Assembly: GCA_964507405.1 (NCBI GenBank)
Contig: CAZDPJ010000001.1
Location: 10,504-74,503, forward strand
Length of the DNA stretch: 64,000 bases
Origin: an uncultured Staphylococcaceae bacterium
GTDB lineage: Bacteria > Bacillota_I > Bacilli_A > ML615J-28 > CAG-313
Direction of reading: 5' to 3'
Positions 10,134 to 20,423 of the stretch are shown in pieces (the first letter of the stretch is position 1; each line of letters begins with the position of its first letter). Both the position numbers and the translations under genes were made by a program. A model generated the notes under the pieces. The model was given only the letters and a program-made list of their open reading frames with translations. It did no database searches and had not been told where the DNA came from.

Positions 10134-12068
10134 TTATTCACTTCCTTTCAATGATGGGTTAAAGGCATCACGTAAGCCATTACCAAATAAGTTGAATGAT
10201 ATCATAATTAATGAAATAATGATCGCAGGGAATACAATTAACATTGGATAGTTAGATATATATTGTTGATTCTTTGATAGAATATTACCAAATGAGTTAG
10301 AACCTTGTAAACCTAGATTTAAATAAGAAAGAGTTGTTTCACTAAAGATTGTACTTGGAATCATTAAAACACTTGATGTAATAATTGTACCCATTGCATT
10401 AGGTAAAATGTGTTTGAAAATTAATCTAAAGTCACCAGCACCTAAAGTACGGCTTGCTAAAATATATTCACGACCTTTAAAACGATAGAACTGAGTTCTT
10501 GTTCTTGCGGCTGTACCCATCCAACCTGTTAAACATAAAGCAAGAGCGAATGTAACGATATTATTACCCATTAATAAAATTGCAAGAGTCATCATAACAA
10601 TCCAAGGAATACCACCTAAGATATCACAGAAACGTTCCATAATTAAGTCTACATTACCACCAAAGTAACCAGAAATAGCACCCCAACATAATCCAAAGAT
10701 AAAGCATACAGCACTACTTGCAAAAGCGATAATTAAAGACATACGTAAACCTTTAAAACATAATGTAATTAAGTCGTAACCTGCATCATCAGTACCAAGT
10801 ATGAACTTCGGCATATCATCATATCCTAAAGTTTTATACTTTAATATTTCAGCGTTAAGTTCATATGTAGCTAAACTTTCATCACAGTTTTTAACAGACG
10901 CAATACTATCAATTGGACATTTATCAGATAATTTAACAAATTCATATTCACCAGTTGACATATCAATTTCAAATTCGCACCAACCATTATCCATATATTC
11001 TTCAATATCAGATTTACCAACAGTTCTAATATCAGCACCAAGTTTATCATTATACCAGTCATATAAGAAATCAATTTTTTTAATGCTTGCATGATATAAT
11101 TCTTTACTACCAGTTGATGCCCAATACTTATCTTTATTTGCTTCATCAGTACTTGTAATACCTACAGTTTCATTCGCATCATTAATAGAAATTCTATCAA
11201 ATGATTGATTTAAAGAATTAGTTGTTGCTTCAAATACTAGGCTTTGAATACCAATATATGCTTGACCCATAGGTTGTTCTTTTACTAATTCATAATCATT
11301 TTGTTTTAATTCAATTTGAATTCTACCTAAAACATTATTAAGTGAACTTGCTTTTAATGCATCACTTACATTAATTGTGATTTCACCATAATTTCTAGAC
11401 CAATCTTGTAATACAGCTTTTTCAACATAGGAAGTTGTTTCACCACTAACTACTTTTTCCATTAAAACAATACGATATTCACCATTTTGATAGTTTTTAA
11501 CTTTATCTAATTCACTTAGTTTTAATTTAAGAACTAAATTATCTTCTTGAATAAAAGTTATATTACTATTATGGTAAAAAATAGCAGTTGAATTTGCATT
11601 AGTTTTATTAAAGTTATTTGCGAAAACAAGAGTACCGCCTTTCGCATACTTACTATATGAATCAATATAATCATCACTCATTTTATAAACTTTTACAACT
11701 GAATTAGCCTTAAAATCAGCCGGACAATTATTTTCTTCATCAAATACTATATTAGTATATTTTTTAGTACCATCCCAGAAACCATTACCAGTTTTAAATA
11801 GTTTTGGTGGTAAGAATGTTGTATAAATTTGAGATGACTCAACATTATGAGGTGATACCATTGGAATTACTATTGCAAGTAAGATAATTAATCCTATAAT
11901 TATCGCACCAACAACGGATGATTTATTTTTACAAAATCTTTTAAATGCATCTTTTAAGAATGTTGTTGCTTTGGTTTCTAGTTTTTCATCATAAATTTTA
12001 GTATTTTCATGTACTAGACAAAAATCACTTTCAGTGATTTCAACATTTTGATTTTGAATTTCAGCCAT
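10134..12068 (-). CDS. oppC: oligopeptide ABC transporter permease OppC with ~390-aa extracytoplasmic N-terminal extension
   Basis: 644 aa; N-terminal TM then large non-membrane domain then BPD-transporter permease core; ATGA overlap with oppB. Confidence 0.8.
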   Translation of the reverse strand: MAEIQNQNVEITESDFCLVHENTKIYDEKLETKATTFLKDAFKRFCKNKSSVVGAIIIGLIILLAIVIPMVSPHNVESSQIYTTFLPPKLFKTGNGFWDGTKKYTNIVFDEENNCPADFKANSVVKVYKMSDDYIDSYSKYAKGGTLVFANNFNKTNANSTAIFYHNSNITFIQEDNLVLKLKLSELDKVKNYQNGEYRIVLMEKVVSGETTSYVEKAVLQDWSRNYGEITINVSDALKASSLNNVLGRIQIELKQNDYELVKEQPMGQAYIGIQSLVFEATTNSLNQSFDRISINDANETVGITSTDEANKDKYWASTGSKELYHASIKKIDFLYDWYNDKLGADIRTVGKSDIEEYMDNGWCEFEIDMSTGEYEFVKLSDKCPIDSIASVKNCDESLATYELNAEILKYKTLGYDDMPKFILGTDDAGYDLITLCFKGLRMSLIIAFASSAVCFIFGLCWGAISGYFGGNVDLIMERFCDILGGIPWIVMMTLAILLMGNNIVTFALALCLTGWMGTAARTRTQFYRFKGREYILASRTLGAGDFRLIFKHILPNAMGTIITSSVLMIPSTIFSETTLSYLNLGLQGSNSFGNILSKNQQYISNYPMLIVFPAIIISLIMISFNLFGNGLRDAFNPSLKGSE

Positions 12069-13105
12069 TATTTCTTCGCCCCCATTCTAATTCTTGGATC
12101 AATAAATCCATAAGAAATATCAAGAATTACACCAGCAAGTAAGCCAATTGTTGTAAACAAGGCCATATCAACAAATAATACATTATAGTCTTTATAATTT
12201 AATGCTTCAATAAATAAACTACCAATACCAGGAATACCATATAGCTTTTCTAGGATCATTGATCCACCCATAATACCAATAAATTCAGATAAAATTGATG
12301 GAACAATTGGAACCATTGCATTTCTTAATGCATGTCTTAAAATTGCTTGACGTCTTGTTAACCCTTTGGTTCTAGCAAGTAATAAATAATCACTTTCCAT
12401 AACTTCACATAGTTCAGCTCTTGTAAATCTTGCGTATCCACATATAGAACCAAACGATAGACAAACCACTGGTATTATATAACCAAGTATTTTATCAGAT
12501 GTCGGTGCGGTCGATGCTGGCCATTGAGTAGGTAACCACTTTAAGGTATAACAGAATATTAACATTAAAAGTGTGATTAAAACGAAACTTGGTATTGAAA
12601 TAAATACCATTACTGACGTAGAAATAATATGGTCAGTTTTTCTATTTTTATTTAATGCCGCAACAATACCAAGTAAAATTCCAATAGGAACTGAGAATAA
12701 TACTGATAATATATTTAATTTCATTGACGTAGGTAAACGTCCAATAATAATTGGTAAAGCTTGGTTACTAGGTAAAATAAATGTAGATTGTCCCCAGTTC
12801 CATTCTGTTACAATATTTTTTAACCAACTAGTATATTGTTTTAATACAGGAGTTTTATAAAAATAATGTTGTTGATTACTACTATCTTTAAATTCCCATA
12901 AAAGTTCACCATATGTAGGATCTTTATATTCAAGGTCAGTAACAAAGCCTAATCCTACTTCTGTTTGATAATATGCATATTGAACCTCAGGTTTACCAGC
13001 AGGTTTTGAAAATGGAAGCAACTTTATCAAAATAAATGATAATGAAAGAATAATGAAAGATGTAACTAAAGCTAGTCCCATTCTCTTTAAAACATATTTC
13101 CACAT
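12068..13105 (-). CDS. oppB: oligopeptide ABC transporter permease OppB
   Basis: 345 aa, OppB-like permease. Confidence 0.85.
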   Translation of the reverse strand: MWKYVLKRMGLALVTSFIILSLSFILIKLLPFSKPAGKPEVQYAYYQTEVGLGFVTDLEYKDPTYGELLWEFKDSSNQQHYFYKTPVLKQYTSWLKNIVTEWNWGQSTFILPSNQALPIIIGRLPTSMKLNILSVLFSVPIGILLGIVAALNKNRKTDHIISTSVMVFISIPSFVLITLLMLIFCYTLKWLPTQWPASTAPTSDKILGYIIPVVCLSFGSICGYARFTRAELCEVMESDYLLLARTKGLTRRQAILRHALRNAMVPIVPSILSEFIGIMGGSMILEKLYGIPGIGSLFIEALNYKDYNVLFVDMALFTTIGLLAGVILDISYGFIDPRIRMGAKK

Positions 13106-13231
13106 AGTTTTTTCCTCCTTATTAACTATTTTTTATGTTCTTTAAAATTTGGATTTATAAAATAAATTTATATACTTATTATATCATATTTTTACAATTA
13201 ATGCTTTCTTTTTATACTTTTAATTTACATA

Positions 13232-13260
13232 ACAAATGGGGTCATTTTATTGACCCCATC
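13232..13260 (-). terminator. stem-loop ATGGGGTCA-loop-TGACCCCAT between oppA and oppB; likely partial terminator/attenuator
   Basis: perfect 9-bp stem read from sequence; weak U tract. Confidence 0.4.
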
Positions 13261-13270
13261 AATATTTTAA

Positions 13271-15997
13271 TTATTCGCCTTGAACAGGTAAAGTATCATA
13301 GCAGCTAACAATACCAGAACCATCAATTTCTAGAATTACAGTTGAGAAATAGAAATCAAATCCAAATGGGAATCCAGCTAAAGAACCACTATATTTTTCA
13401 TATAATTCTGCACTTACAGTAACAGTGATTGTATCAGTTTCAGCATCATATACAGCAGCAACTGAATCTTCATCATATGCATAACCAGCTTCAGTATCAA
13501 CTGCGAAGTATGAGAATACTTTAACATCAGCTAAATCAACAGATACTTGTTCATAAACTTCTTCTAATAAGTCTTCTCTATTAGTAACAACATTTGCTTT
13601 ATAAACTAAAGTTGCACTACCATCTTCATTAACTTGAGATGAAGTAAGTTCAGGAGCATATAAATCAACTACATTACCATTTTCGAAATATCCACCAGTT
13701 TCAGCAGCTTGCCATAATGAATCAAATGACCAAGCACCACCGTCAAATACTAAATCGTTAGAAACTTCACTAGTATCAGGACCCCAGTTTAGAGTGAATC
13801 CACTTGAGTTGTCTGATTTTAATACTTCGAAGAAGTTAAGTGGGTTAAGTGTGTTACCATTAACACCACCAAAACCGATATCATATTGTCCAACCATCAT
13901 CTTATCATAGTAAACTAAATCCCATTGAGCAGGAACCCATTTAACGATTTCAAGTTTTAATTTGCCTTCACAAACACTTTCATGGTTAAATGCTGTTTTC
14001 CAGAAGTTTTCAAGTGGGTTTTGATATGTTTGAACGTTAGTTTCAGATTGCCATGCCATTTCAAGTGTGATTGTATCGCCTTCTTTATAAGCACCAGTTG
14101 CTAATAATTCAATACAAGCTTTCTTGAAATATTGTCTAGCAAGTTCTAAGCTATATCCATAACCATCAGTACCTTTAATTAAATCAGCGATTGCAGTTTT
14201 ATGAGCTTCAGTATTGTTATAAGCAATACCATTTTCAGGGTCAGCCATATAAGCAGCACCGAAGTAACTTACAGATGGAGTAGCACCAACTGTATCAGCA
14301 AGTGTAACACGGTCGATTGCATAACTTAATGCTTTAACAAAGTTTTCATTACTTAATGCAGGTTCGCATTCCCAATAATCACTTTCTTTAGTTTGAGTAA
14401 TTGAACCATTTTCACCGAATAATTTAATCCATTCTTCTTGAGTACATGTATTAATATTTAATTTAGTTGTAGTAGCACCAACAGTTTCAGCAGCACGAGG
14501 GTCATTCTTATATTCTTGTAATTTAGTTGAAGGAATACCAACAGCACTTAATTTACCAGCAAGGAATTCATTGAATGCAGCTTCTCTGTTTTCAGTTGCA
14601 GCTTTAAGAATTGCGATATGGATACCAGGAACACCTTGGTATAATTCAGTATTATGATATAATGCATTTTTCTTAAATACGATTTGTTTATCTTGTTCCC
14701 AAGCTTCTAAAACGTAAGGACCAGTTGATAAAGTAGTATCAGCAGGAGTTAAACCTTTATCAGTATCAAATTTACCATATTTGCTAGGTCCGCCGATTTC
14801 ATCAACGAATTCTTGAGGAATAGGAGCATATAAAGAACTAGCTAAATAATACATAGCATAGAATGAAGAACAAGGTTGATTAAATTCAAATGTTAAATAA
14901 GCTTTTCCGTCTTCAACACTTGTAGAAATTCCAACTTTTTCCCATGCAACATCGCTATAACCATCTTTAGTTGAATTGTAGAATCCAGCCATACCTTTAA
15001 TAGCACTTGCACCTTCAAGATTTTCAGCACCACGTTTCCAACCATTTGCTTGAGTGTGTAATAATTTGTATGGAGTTAAGTAGTCTTCAAGAGCAACTTC
15101 ACGTCCATTGTATTTTGCAAATTTGCTTGAGCTTGTAGCATATTTTAATTGTTCGCCAACTTTAACTTCAAATTTATAAATTGTAGCAAGACCAGTTACG
15201 CTACTCTCATTTTGAGCTTGAGGCATTTCATTTGCTAAAGAAGAATACCAAACATAACCATCTTTAGTTTCATTCATCTTAGTGCCCCAGTAACTGTCAG
15301 ATGTATAACCAACTAAATCACCAACAACTTCACCTTTATCATCACCATAGTTCATACTCTTAGGGTCAGATGCTTCATAAGTATGATAGTAACGTTTCCA
15401 AGCAGCATTTGTTTCACCAGGTAAATCAGCAGTTATTTTACCTTCAGAAACAATACCAAATCCATAACCAGGAATATAATTTTCTGTACCTTTTGTAACT
15501 GAGTAATCATATAAAGCAAAACCAGAATCTTCAAATACTGTAATACCAGTTAAACCAGCATCAACAGCATATTTTTCAAGTAAACCTAAAATTTTAGTAC
15601 GATCTGCATAACTAGAAGCAACGAATGATTTAACACCACTGAAGCCAGTAGATACAACTGAAGAACTTTCAACTTTAGCAACATGTTCTTTAATTAGATT
15701 AGCAGTTAATGTAGCATACTCAGATGCTCTACTAGCCTTAGTTGCACCATTGATAAGGCTTAGTCCATATGTATTTAATTGATTAATAAAATCAACATCA
15801 ACTTGAGCGTATTTGCTTAAATCAACACTTTCATAAGCTTTTTGTAATTTTTCAACTGCTTCGTCTTTAGCCTTTTGTAATTTTTCAGCTTCTTGTTGTT
15901 CATTGCCACCATCTTCATTTGTTTGACAACCAACAACAACTGCAGTTAAAGAAAATAAAAGCATGAAACATAATAATAATTTTCCAAATTTTTTCAT
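13271..15997 (-). CDS. oppA: oligopeptide-binding lipoprotein OppA (large, ~900 aa)
   Basis: start placed at MKKFGKLLLCF with GGAGG RBS 8 nt upstream rather than ORF-track start 16057; signal peptide + lipobox VVVGC; family 5 SBP-like body with inserted regions. Confidence 0.75.
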   Translation of the reverse strand: MKKFGKLLLCFMLLFSLTAVVVGCQTNEDGGNEQQEAEKLQKAKDEAVEKLQKAYESVDLSKYAQVDVDFINQLNTYGLSLINGATKASRASEYATLTANLIKEHVAKVESSSVVSTGFSGVKSFVASSYADRTKILGLLEKYAVDAGLTGITVFEDSGFALYDYSVTKGTENYIPGYGFGIVSEGKITADLPGETNAAWKRYYHTYEASDPKSMNYGDDKGEVVGDLVGYTSDSYWGTKMNETKDGYVWYSSLANEMPQAQNESSVTGLATIYKFEVKVGEQLKYATSSSKFAKYNGREVALEDYLTPYKLLHTQANGWKRGAENLEGASAIKGMAGFYNSTKDGYSDVAWEKVGISTSVEDGKAYLTFEFNQPCSSFYAMYYLASSLYAPIPQEFVDEIGGPSKYGKFDTDKGLTPADTTLSTGPYVLEAWEQDKQIVFKKNALYHNTELYQGVPGIHIAILKAATENREAAFNEFLAGKLSAVGIPSTKLQEYKNDPRAAETVGATTTKLNINTCTQEEWIKLFGENGSITQTKESDYWECEPALSNENFVKALSYAIDRVTLADTVGATPSVSYFGAAYMADPENGIAYNNTEAHKTAIADLIKGTDGYGYSLELARQYFKKACIELLATGAYKEGDTITLEMAWQSETNVQTYQNPLENFWKTAFNHESVCEGKLKLEIVKWVPAQWDLVYYDKMMVGQYDIGFGGVNGNTLNPLNFFEVLKSDNSSGFTLNWGPDTSEVSNDLVFDGGAWSFDSLWQAAETGGYFENGNVVDLYAPELTSSQVNEDGSATLVYKANVVTNREDLLEEVYEQVSVDLADVKVFSYFAVDTEAGYAYDEDSVAAVYDAETDTITVTVSAELYEKYSGSLAGFPFGFDFYFSTVILEIDGSGIVSCYDTLPVQGE

Positions 15998-16336
15998 TTT
16001 TTTACCTCCGTATTTAATTAGTTTATTGATTAGTTTGGAGACACTTAATCTCCTCAAATAAAACTAATGTACCATCATTATATACTTTTTTTTAACACAA
16101 GTCAAGTATATACTCAATGAAAACGCTTACTTTGATGTTTTTTTAAAAATTTATTTTTAATGTTTTTTAATTTTTTCTGAATTTTATTAAGTAAAACAAC
16201 ACTTTTTTACCATTTTTAATTATTTTTTAGTGTTTCTATTTTTTACCATTTTTTCAAAATTTAGCTAAAATCCAATATATTTAATATAATTTCGATAGTT
16301 TCATCTAAACAAATTTGCTAAACGAATATTTCAAAA

Positions 16337-16373
16337 AAAGGTTTGACTATTAACAAAATAATCAAGCCTTTAT
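16337..16373 (-). terminator. intrinsic terminator after DUF11 gene (AAAGGCTTGA-loop-TCAAACCTTT + T7)
   Basis: 10-bp stem with one mismatch followed by TTTTTTT on minus strand. Confidence 0.45.
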
Positions 16374-16378
16374 TTCAT

Positions 16379-17233
16379 TTAAATTGTACCTGTTACAACT
16401 AGTACTGCAACACCTGGAGTAACACTTACAACACCAGTTGTACTATCTTGAACAATATCTGCTGCTGGAACAGTTATGGTGCCAGTTGTTGTTTTAAATT
16501 CTCCAGTTACTTCATCATAAGTATAATCATCAGGTGATGTAATTGTAACACCATTTAATGATACAGATACATTTGATAAAACCGGATTAAATGTATCTGA
16601 TAATACAACATTATCAAGGGCATTTGCATCTTTATTTCCAGTATTAGTTATCGTAAATGTATATGTAATTGTTCCATTTTCAGTCACAGGATTTGGACTA
16701 ATTGCTTTTTGAATTGCAAGTACAGCAGAAAGCGTCGCTGCTACAGTATTAGTTAATTCCAATGGATTAGTTAAACCTCCACCAGAAACAACCGCACTAT
16801 TTGTTATAGTTGATCCTTCTAAAAGTGGCGCGAATTCATTAGTTAAAGTCTCATATATCACAAGAACATTACCATTTGCTGGAACATTTAATCCTGATAT
16901 AACAAGCCCATTTTGAGTAGCAATTGTTGGAGTCGCTTGTTTTATTCCATTAACATAATAAATCGTCGAATTATCAACATATGATAATGGAGTATACTCA
17001 TTTTCATTTAAGTTGTACTTACCTAAATTATCAGTTATAGTAATATTAGAAAGTGGCATGTTTCCACTATTAATTAGACTTACAATAAAAGTTAACTTTT
17101 CACCATTAGTATAACTTGATAATATAGAGTTTTTAGTACCAGTTAAAACATCTACTACTTCACCTCTTGCAACATTGGAATTAACAACAATATTGTTATA
17201 AGTTAAAGTAGCTTGGTTGGTAATAGTAGCCAT
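16379..17233 (-). CDS. tandem DUF11 / conserved-repeat-domain protein, no signal peptide
   Basis: 284 aa; two ~120-aa Thr/Asn/Val-rich repeats with ITYTFTITNTGN...DNVVLSDTF pattern typical of the B. anthracis/Chlamydia conserved repeat. Confidence 0.5.
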   Translation of the reverse strand: MATITNQATLTYNNIVVNSNVARGEVVDVLTGTKNSILSSYTNGEKLTFIVSLINSGNMPLSNITITDNLGKYNLNENEYTPLSYVDNSTIYYVNGIKQATPTIATQNGLVISGLNVPANGNVLVIYETLTNEFAPLLEGSTITNSAVVSGGGLTNPLELTNTVAATLSAVLAIQKAISPNPVTENGTITYTFTITNTGNKDANALDNVVLSDTFNPVLSNVSVSLNGVTITSPDDYTYDEVTGEFKTTTGTITVPAADIVQDSTTGVVSVTPGVAVLVVTGTI

Positions 17234-17294
17234 TTTTATTCTCCTTTCTATTACTATATTATGATTAATAAATAAAAAGGTGAATATAATTTAA

Positions 17295-17810
17295 TTATTT
17301 TTCAAATTTTAAAGAAACACATGAAAAATCTTTTTTTGTTAATGCTTCTTTTGATATTTCAAATACTATTTTTCCACTTGTTTTATTAAATCTTGGAAAA
17401 GAAAGTGGAACAAAGTCTAAATCAATTTGTAATAAAATTACTGTTGATTCTTTTTCTAAAAATAAAGCATTGTTACTTTCATCGCATTTTTCAATAAATA
17501 ATGCGTTTGAATCTTCCATATTAAAATCTTCATTAATATTATCATATACTTCAACAAGTTCATCAGTTGTATAAATTACTTTTGGTGTACATGGATTATG
17601 ATCTAAATTTAAAAAGAAATACAAAAAGCCATTTTGAGGAAATAATGAATTTTGATATTCATTTAAATTAAGCATAAAAAAGAAGAAATCATTTTCTAAA
17701 TTATTATTTTCTAAAAAGTTTTCAGGAAAAACAGGACTTCCAAAAAATTTACTATTATCTAGATTTTCATCTGTTTCTTGAATATTAGTTAATATTTTAA
17801 ATTTATACAT
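17295..17810 (-). CDS. hypothetical protein (171 aa), acidic, Phe-rich
   Basis: ORF only; no confident family. Confidence 0.35.
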   Translation of the reverse strand: MYKFKILTNIQETDENLDNSKFFGSPVFPENFLENNNLENDFFFFMLNLNEYQNSLFPQNGFLYFFLNLDHNPCTPKVIYTTDELVEVYDNINEDFNMEDSNALFIEKCDESNNALFLEKESTVILLQIDLDFVPLSFPRFNKTSGKIVFEISKEALTKKDFSCVSLKFEK

Positions 17811-17858
17811 TTTACCTCCTAAATATAGAAATAGTGGTAATGAATACCACTACCACTA

Positions 17859-19706
17859 TTATTCTAATGTTATTGTAATTGCAGGTCTAACCGCAAGTTT
17901 AGTTGTGCAACTATACCATAGTGCTACAGTATTTACTTCTGAAGTTTCATTTTCAAGACCAACTACTACAGATATACCATTTTGATTATTATCAAATGGA
18001 GAACGAAGCATCCAGTTTGTATATCCAAAATATTCATTAGATAAATTCATAACTGCACCTTTTGCTCTTGCATAATCAGTAGCAATACAAGCTTTATTTA
18101 CATCGACTTCATCATATGAACTAATGAAGCCATTCTTTACAGATGTTGCTTGTTTATATGATAGTAAATAAACTTTATCATTTGTATTATTTGATGCATA
18201 TTTGTTATCTGTTTTAGATGATGTAGATAACGAAGAGTTATCAACTAATGTTGTATTAATATAATTCTTCTCATCACTACTAAATGCTTGATTATAGAAG
18301 TCATCATTTAGCCAGTTTCTTATAACTGAATTTTCATAATTATTAGCATATGACTTTTTACCATTTAATGTTTGTTCTTGTCCAAACACACTTGCATCTA
18401 ATGCATATTCACATAATAATTCAAGTTTACCATCTTTAGAAGTTAACACACGCCATTTAATTGGTTCAACTTTAAAGTAATAAGTTAATGAAGAAATTGT
18501 AGATGTTACATTTAAAGAACCATTTAACATATTTTGAACAGGATTATTAAATTTAGATGAAGTTGCTGGTGTTGCTTTTAGTTTAACATACTCATCACCA
18601 TTATATACACATGAATCACTTTCTTTACATAAAGCTTCTAATTCTTTAATAACATCATAATCAGTTACTACAGTTTGAGGATATCTACCAAAGTAAATAT
18701 AATTTTTACCATCTTCTTCAAATACTAAATTATCTATTACTTTTTCCCATTTAGCATATAGTGAGATATCAGTAGGTTCAGTTTGATAAATTGATGTAAC
18801 AGCATCACCTGAGAAATCACTAGTTGTATACCATCCTTTAAACTCATAGCCGAATTTAGTTGGATTTGTAAGTGAAACATTTGTTCCAATTTCATATTTA
18901 GTAGGAGCATCATATGAATTTGCACCACCATCTAAATAGTAATTAATCACTTTAACCCATTTTGCTGTTAAAACTAAATCACCAATTAGTTCATCGGAAA
19001 TAACATATAATCGTTTTCCATTTTGGTCATACCAACCATCAAATGTATAATTTTCTCTTGTAGGATTAATTAAGACAATATCATCCGTATCAATTTTATA
19101 TTCAGTAGGATTACTAGTTACTGTACCACCATCAAGTACGTAGTCAATTTTATATGTATGTAGTTCCCATTTTGCTTTTAATTTTAAGTCACCAGTTGTT
19201 CCTGTTTTAATTTCATCATATAAAGTATTTTTTAAATACCATCCCATAAAATCATAACCAGGGTTTACAGGTTCAGGTAATACATATGATTCTTTAATTG
19301 TATATTTATATGGTGGATTTACTGAAGTTGGAAAATAACCCTTAGCTAAATCATATGAAATTTCATAAGAGTATATCGCTTTATCAAATTCAGCAACAGC
19401 TTTATATGGACGGTCTTCAGTAACTTGAACAAATTGAACAAGTTCATCAGTATAATCAACATGCCATCCTTTAAATACATAAACATAACCTGGAGTTTCA
19501 CATGGCTTTTGAGGTCGATAAGTAATATCACCAGTTTTACCAATTGCTACTTTTTCAGTATGAAAAACAGTTGTTTCATCAGAATCATAATATGTTATTA
19601 CTGGGCGCTTAATATTTAAGCCAACAATTAGTAAAGTTAAACCAATAACAAATAAAACTGATCCTATAACAGTTGTTATAATAATTCTTTTTTTACTATG
19701 TTCCAT
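17859..19706 (-). CDS. membrane-anchored surface protein with 3-4 Listeria-Bacteroides (InlB B-type) repeats and C-terminal DUF6273-like domain
   Basis: N-terminal signal-anchor; repeated YxFxGWY motifs (YVFKGWH, YDFMGWY, YTFDGWY, YEFKGWY); C-term YFGRYPQ...IKWRVL...WMLRSP...VRPAI pattern. Confidence 0.6.
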   Translation of the reverse strand: MEHSKKRIIITTVIGSVLFVIGLTLLIVGLNIKRPVITYYDSDETTVFHTEKVAIGKTGDITYRPQKPCETPGYVYVFKGWHVDYTDELVQFVQVTEDRPYKAVAEFDKAIYSYEISYDLAKGYFPTSVNPPYKYTIKESYVLPEPVNPGYDFMGWYLKNTLYDEIKTGTTGDLKLKAKWELHTYKIDYVLDGGTVTSNPTEYKIDTDDIVLINPTRENYTFDGWYDQNGKRLYVISDELIGDLVLTAKWVKVINYYLDGGANSYDAPTKYEIGTNVSLTNPTKFGYEFKGWYTTSDFSGDAVTSIYQTEPTDISLYAKWEKVIDNLVFEEDGKNYIYFGRYPQTVVTDYDVIKELEALCKESDSCVYNGDEYVKLKATPATSSKFNNPVQNMLNGSLNVTSTISSLTYYFKVEPIKWRVLTSKDGKLELLCEYALDASVFGQEQTLNGKKSYANNYENSVIRNWLNDDFYNQAFSSDEKNYINTTLVDNSSLSTSSKTDNKYASNNTNDKVYLLSYKQATSVKNGFISSYDEVDVNKACIATDYARAKGAVMNLSNEYFGYTNWMLRSPFDNNQNGISVVVGLENETSEVNTVALWYSCTTKLAVRPAITITLE

Positions 19707-19812
19707 TTGTTTACCTCCAATATAAACACTTAAATTTACATTTTACTACAACATATTATACCATTAATAAAAGTTTTTATCAAGTAATAAATTCTAATTT
19801 TATTTAGATAAT

Positions 19813-19846
19813 AAAAAAAAGAAGTAAAACAAATACGTTTTACCTC
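19813..19846 (-). terminator. rplS intrinsic terminator (GAGGTAAAAC-loop-GTTTTACTTC + U8)
   Basis: read from sequence; A8 run on plus strand 19813-19820. Confidence 0.6.
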
Positions 19847-19856
19847 TTTTCTTAAA

Positions 19857-20207
19857 CTAATTACGGCGTTCTTTAATTCTTGCTGATTTAGCAGATAAGC
19901 CACGGATGTAGTTAAGTTTAGCACGACGAACTTTACCAAGACGTACAACTTCAATCTTAGCTACCATTGGTGAATGAACAGGGAAAATTCTTTCAACACC
20001 AACACCAGATGAAATCTTACGAACAGTATATGTTTCGCTAATTCCACCACCATGACGACCAATAACTAAACCTTCAAAAATTTGGATTCTTTCGCGGTCT
20101 CCTTCTTTAATTTTTACATGAACTTTAACAGTATCACCAGGACGGAATTCTGGGATGTCATCTCTCATATAAGATTTTGTAACCGCGTTAATTAATTGTT
20201 GACTCAT
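19857..20207 (-). CDS. rplS: 50S ribosomal protein L19
   Basis: [24 protein letters not shown]...KIEVVR; start moved to MSQQLIN (ORF-track start 20240 likely an upstream extension). Confidence 0.85.
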   Translation of the reverse strand: MSQQLINAVTKSYMRDDIPEFRPGDTVKVHVKIKEGDRERIQIFEGLVIGRHGGGISETYTVRKISSGVGVERIFPVHSPMVAKIEVVRLGKVRRAKLNYIRGLSAKSARIKERRN

Positions 20208-20423
20208 ATTAACACTCCTTATCTTCTGGTATTCATTCATATTTCATATCAACCTAGAATATATTAGCGGAATACCATGTTTTTTGCTATATTATTATAG
20301 CATATTTATTTTACTTTTGCAAGTCATTAATCCTTTTTATTAAGTATAACAAATATAATTACTAAAGTTTTGATTTTTTTTTATATTTATGATATCATTA
20401 TATATAGAAATGGAGGTCGTTTT

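Noticed and set aside
20370-20423. ORF-track N-terminal extension of the cvfB-like gene (MIFFYIYDIIIYRNGGRF)
   Set aside because: The extension would read through the RBS GGAGGT. The conserved protein begins at MALNIGEV, so the 20424 start was adopted.
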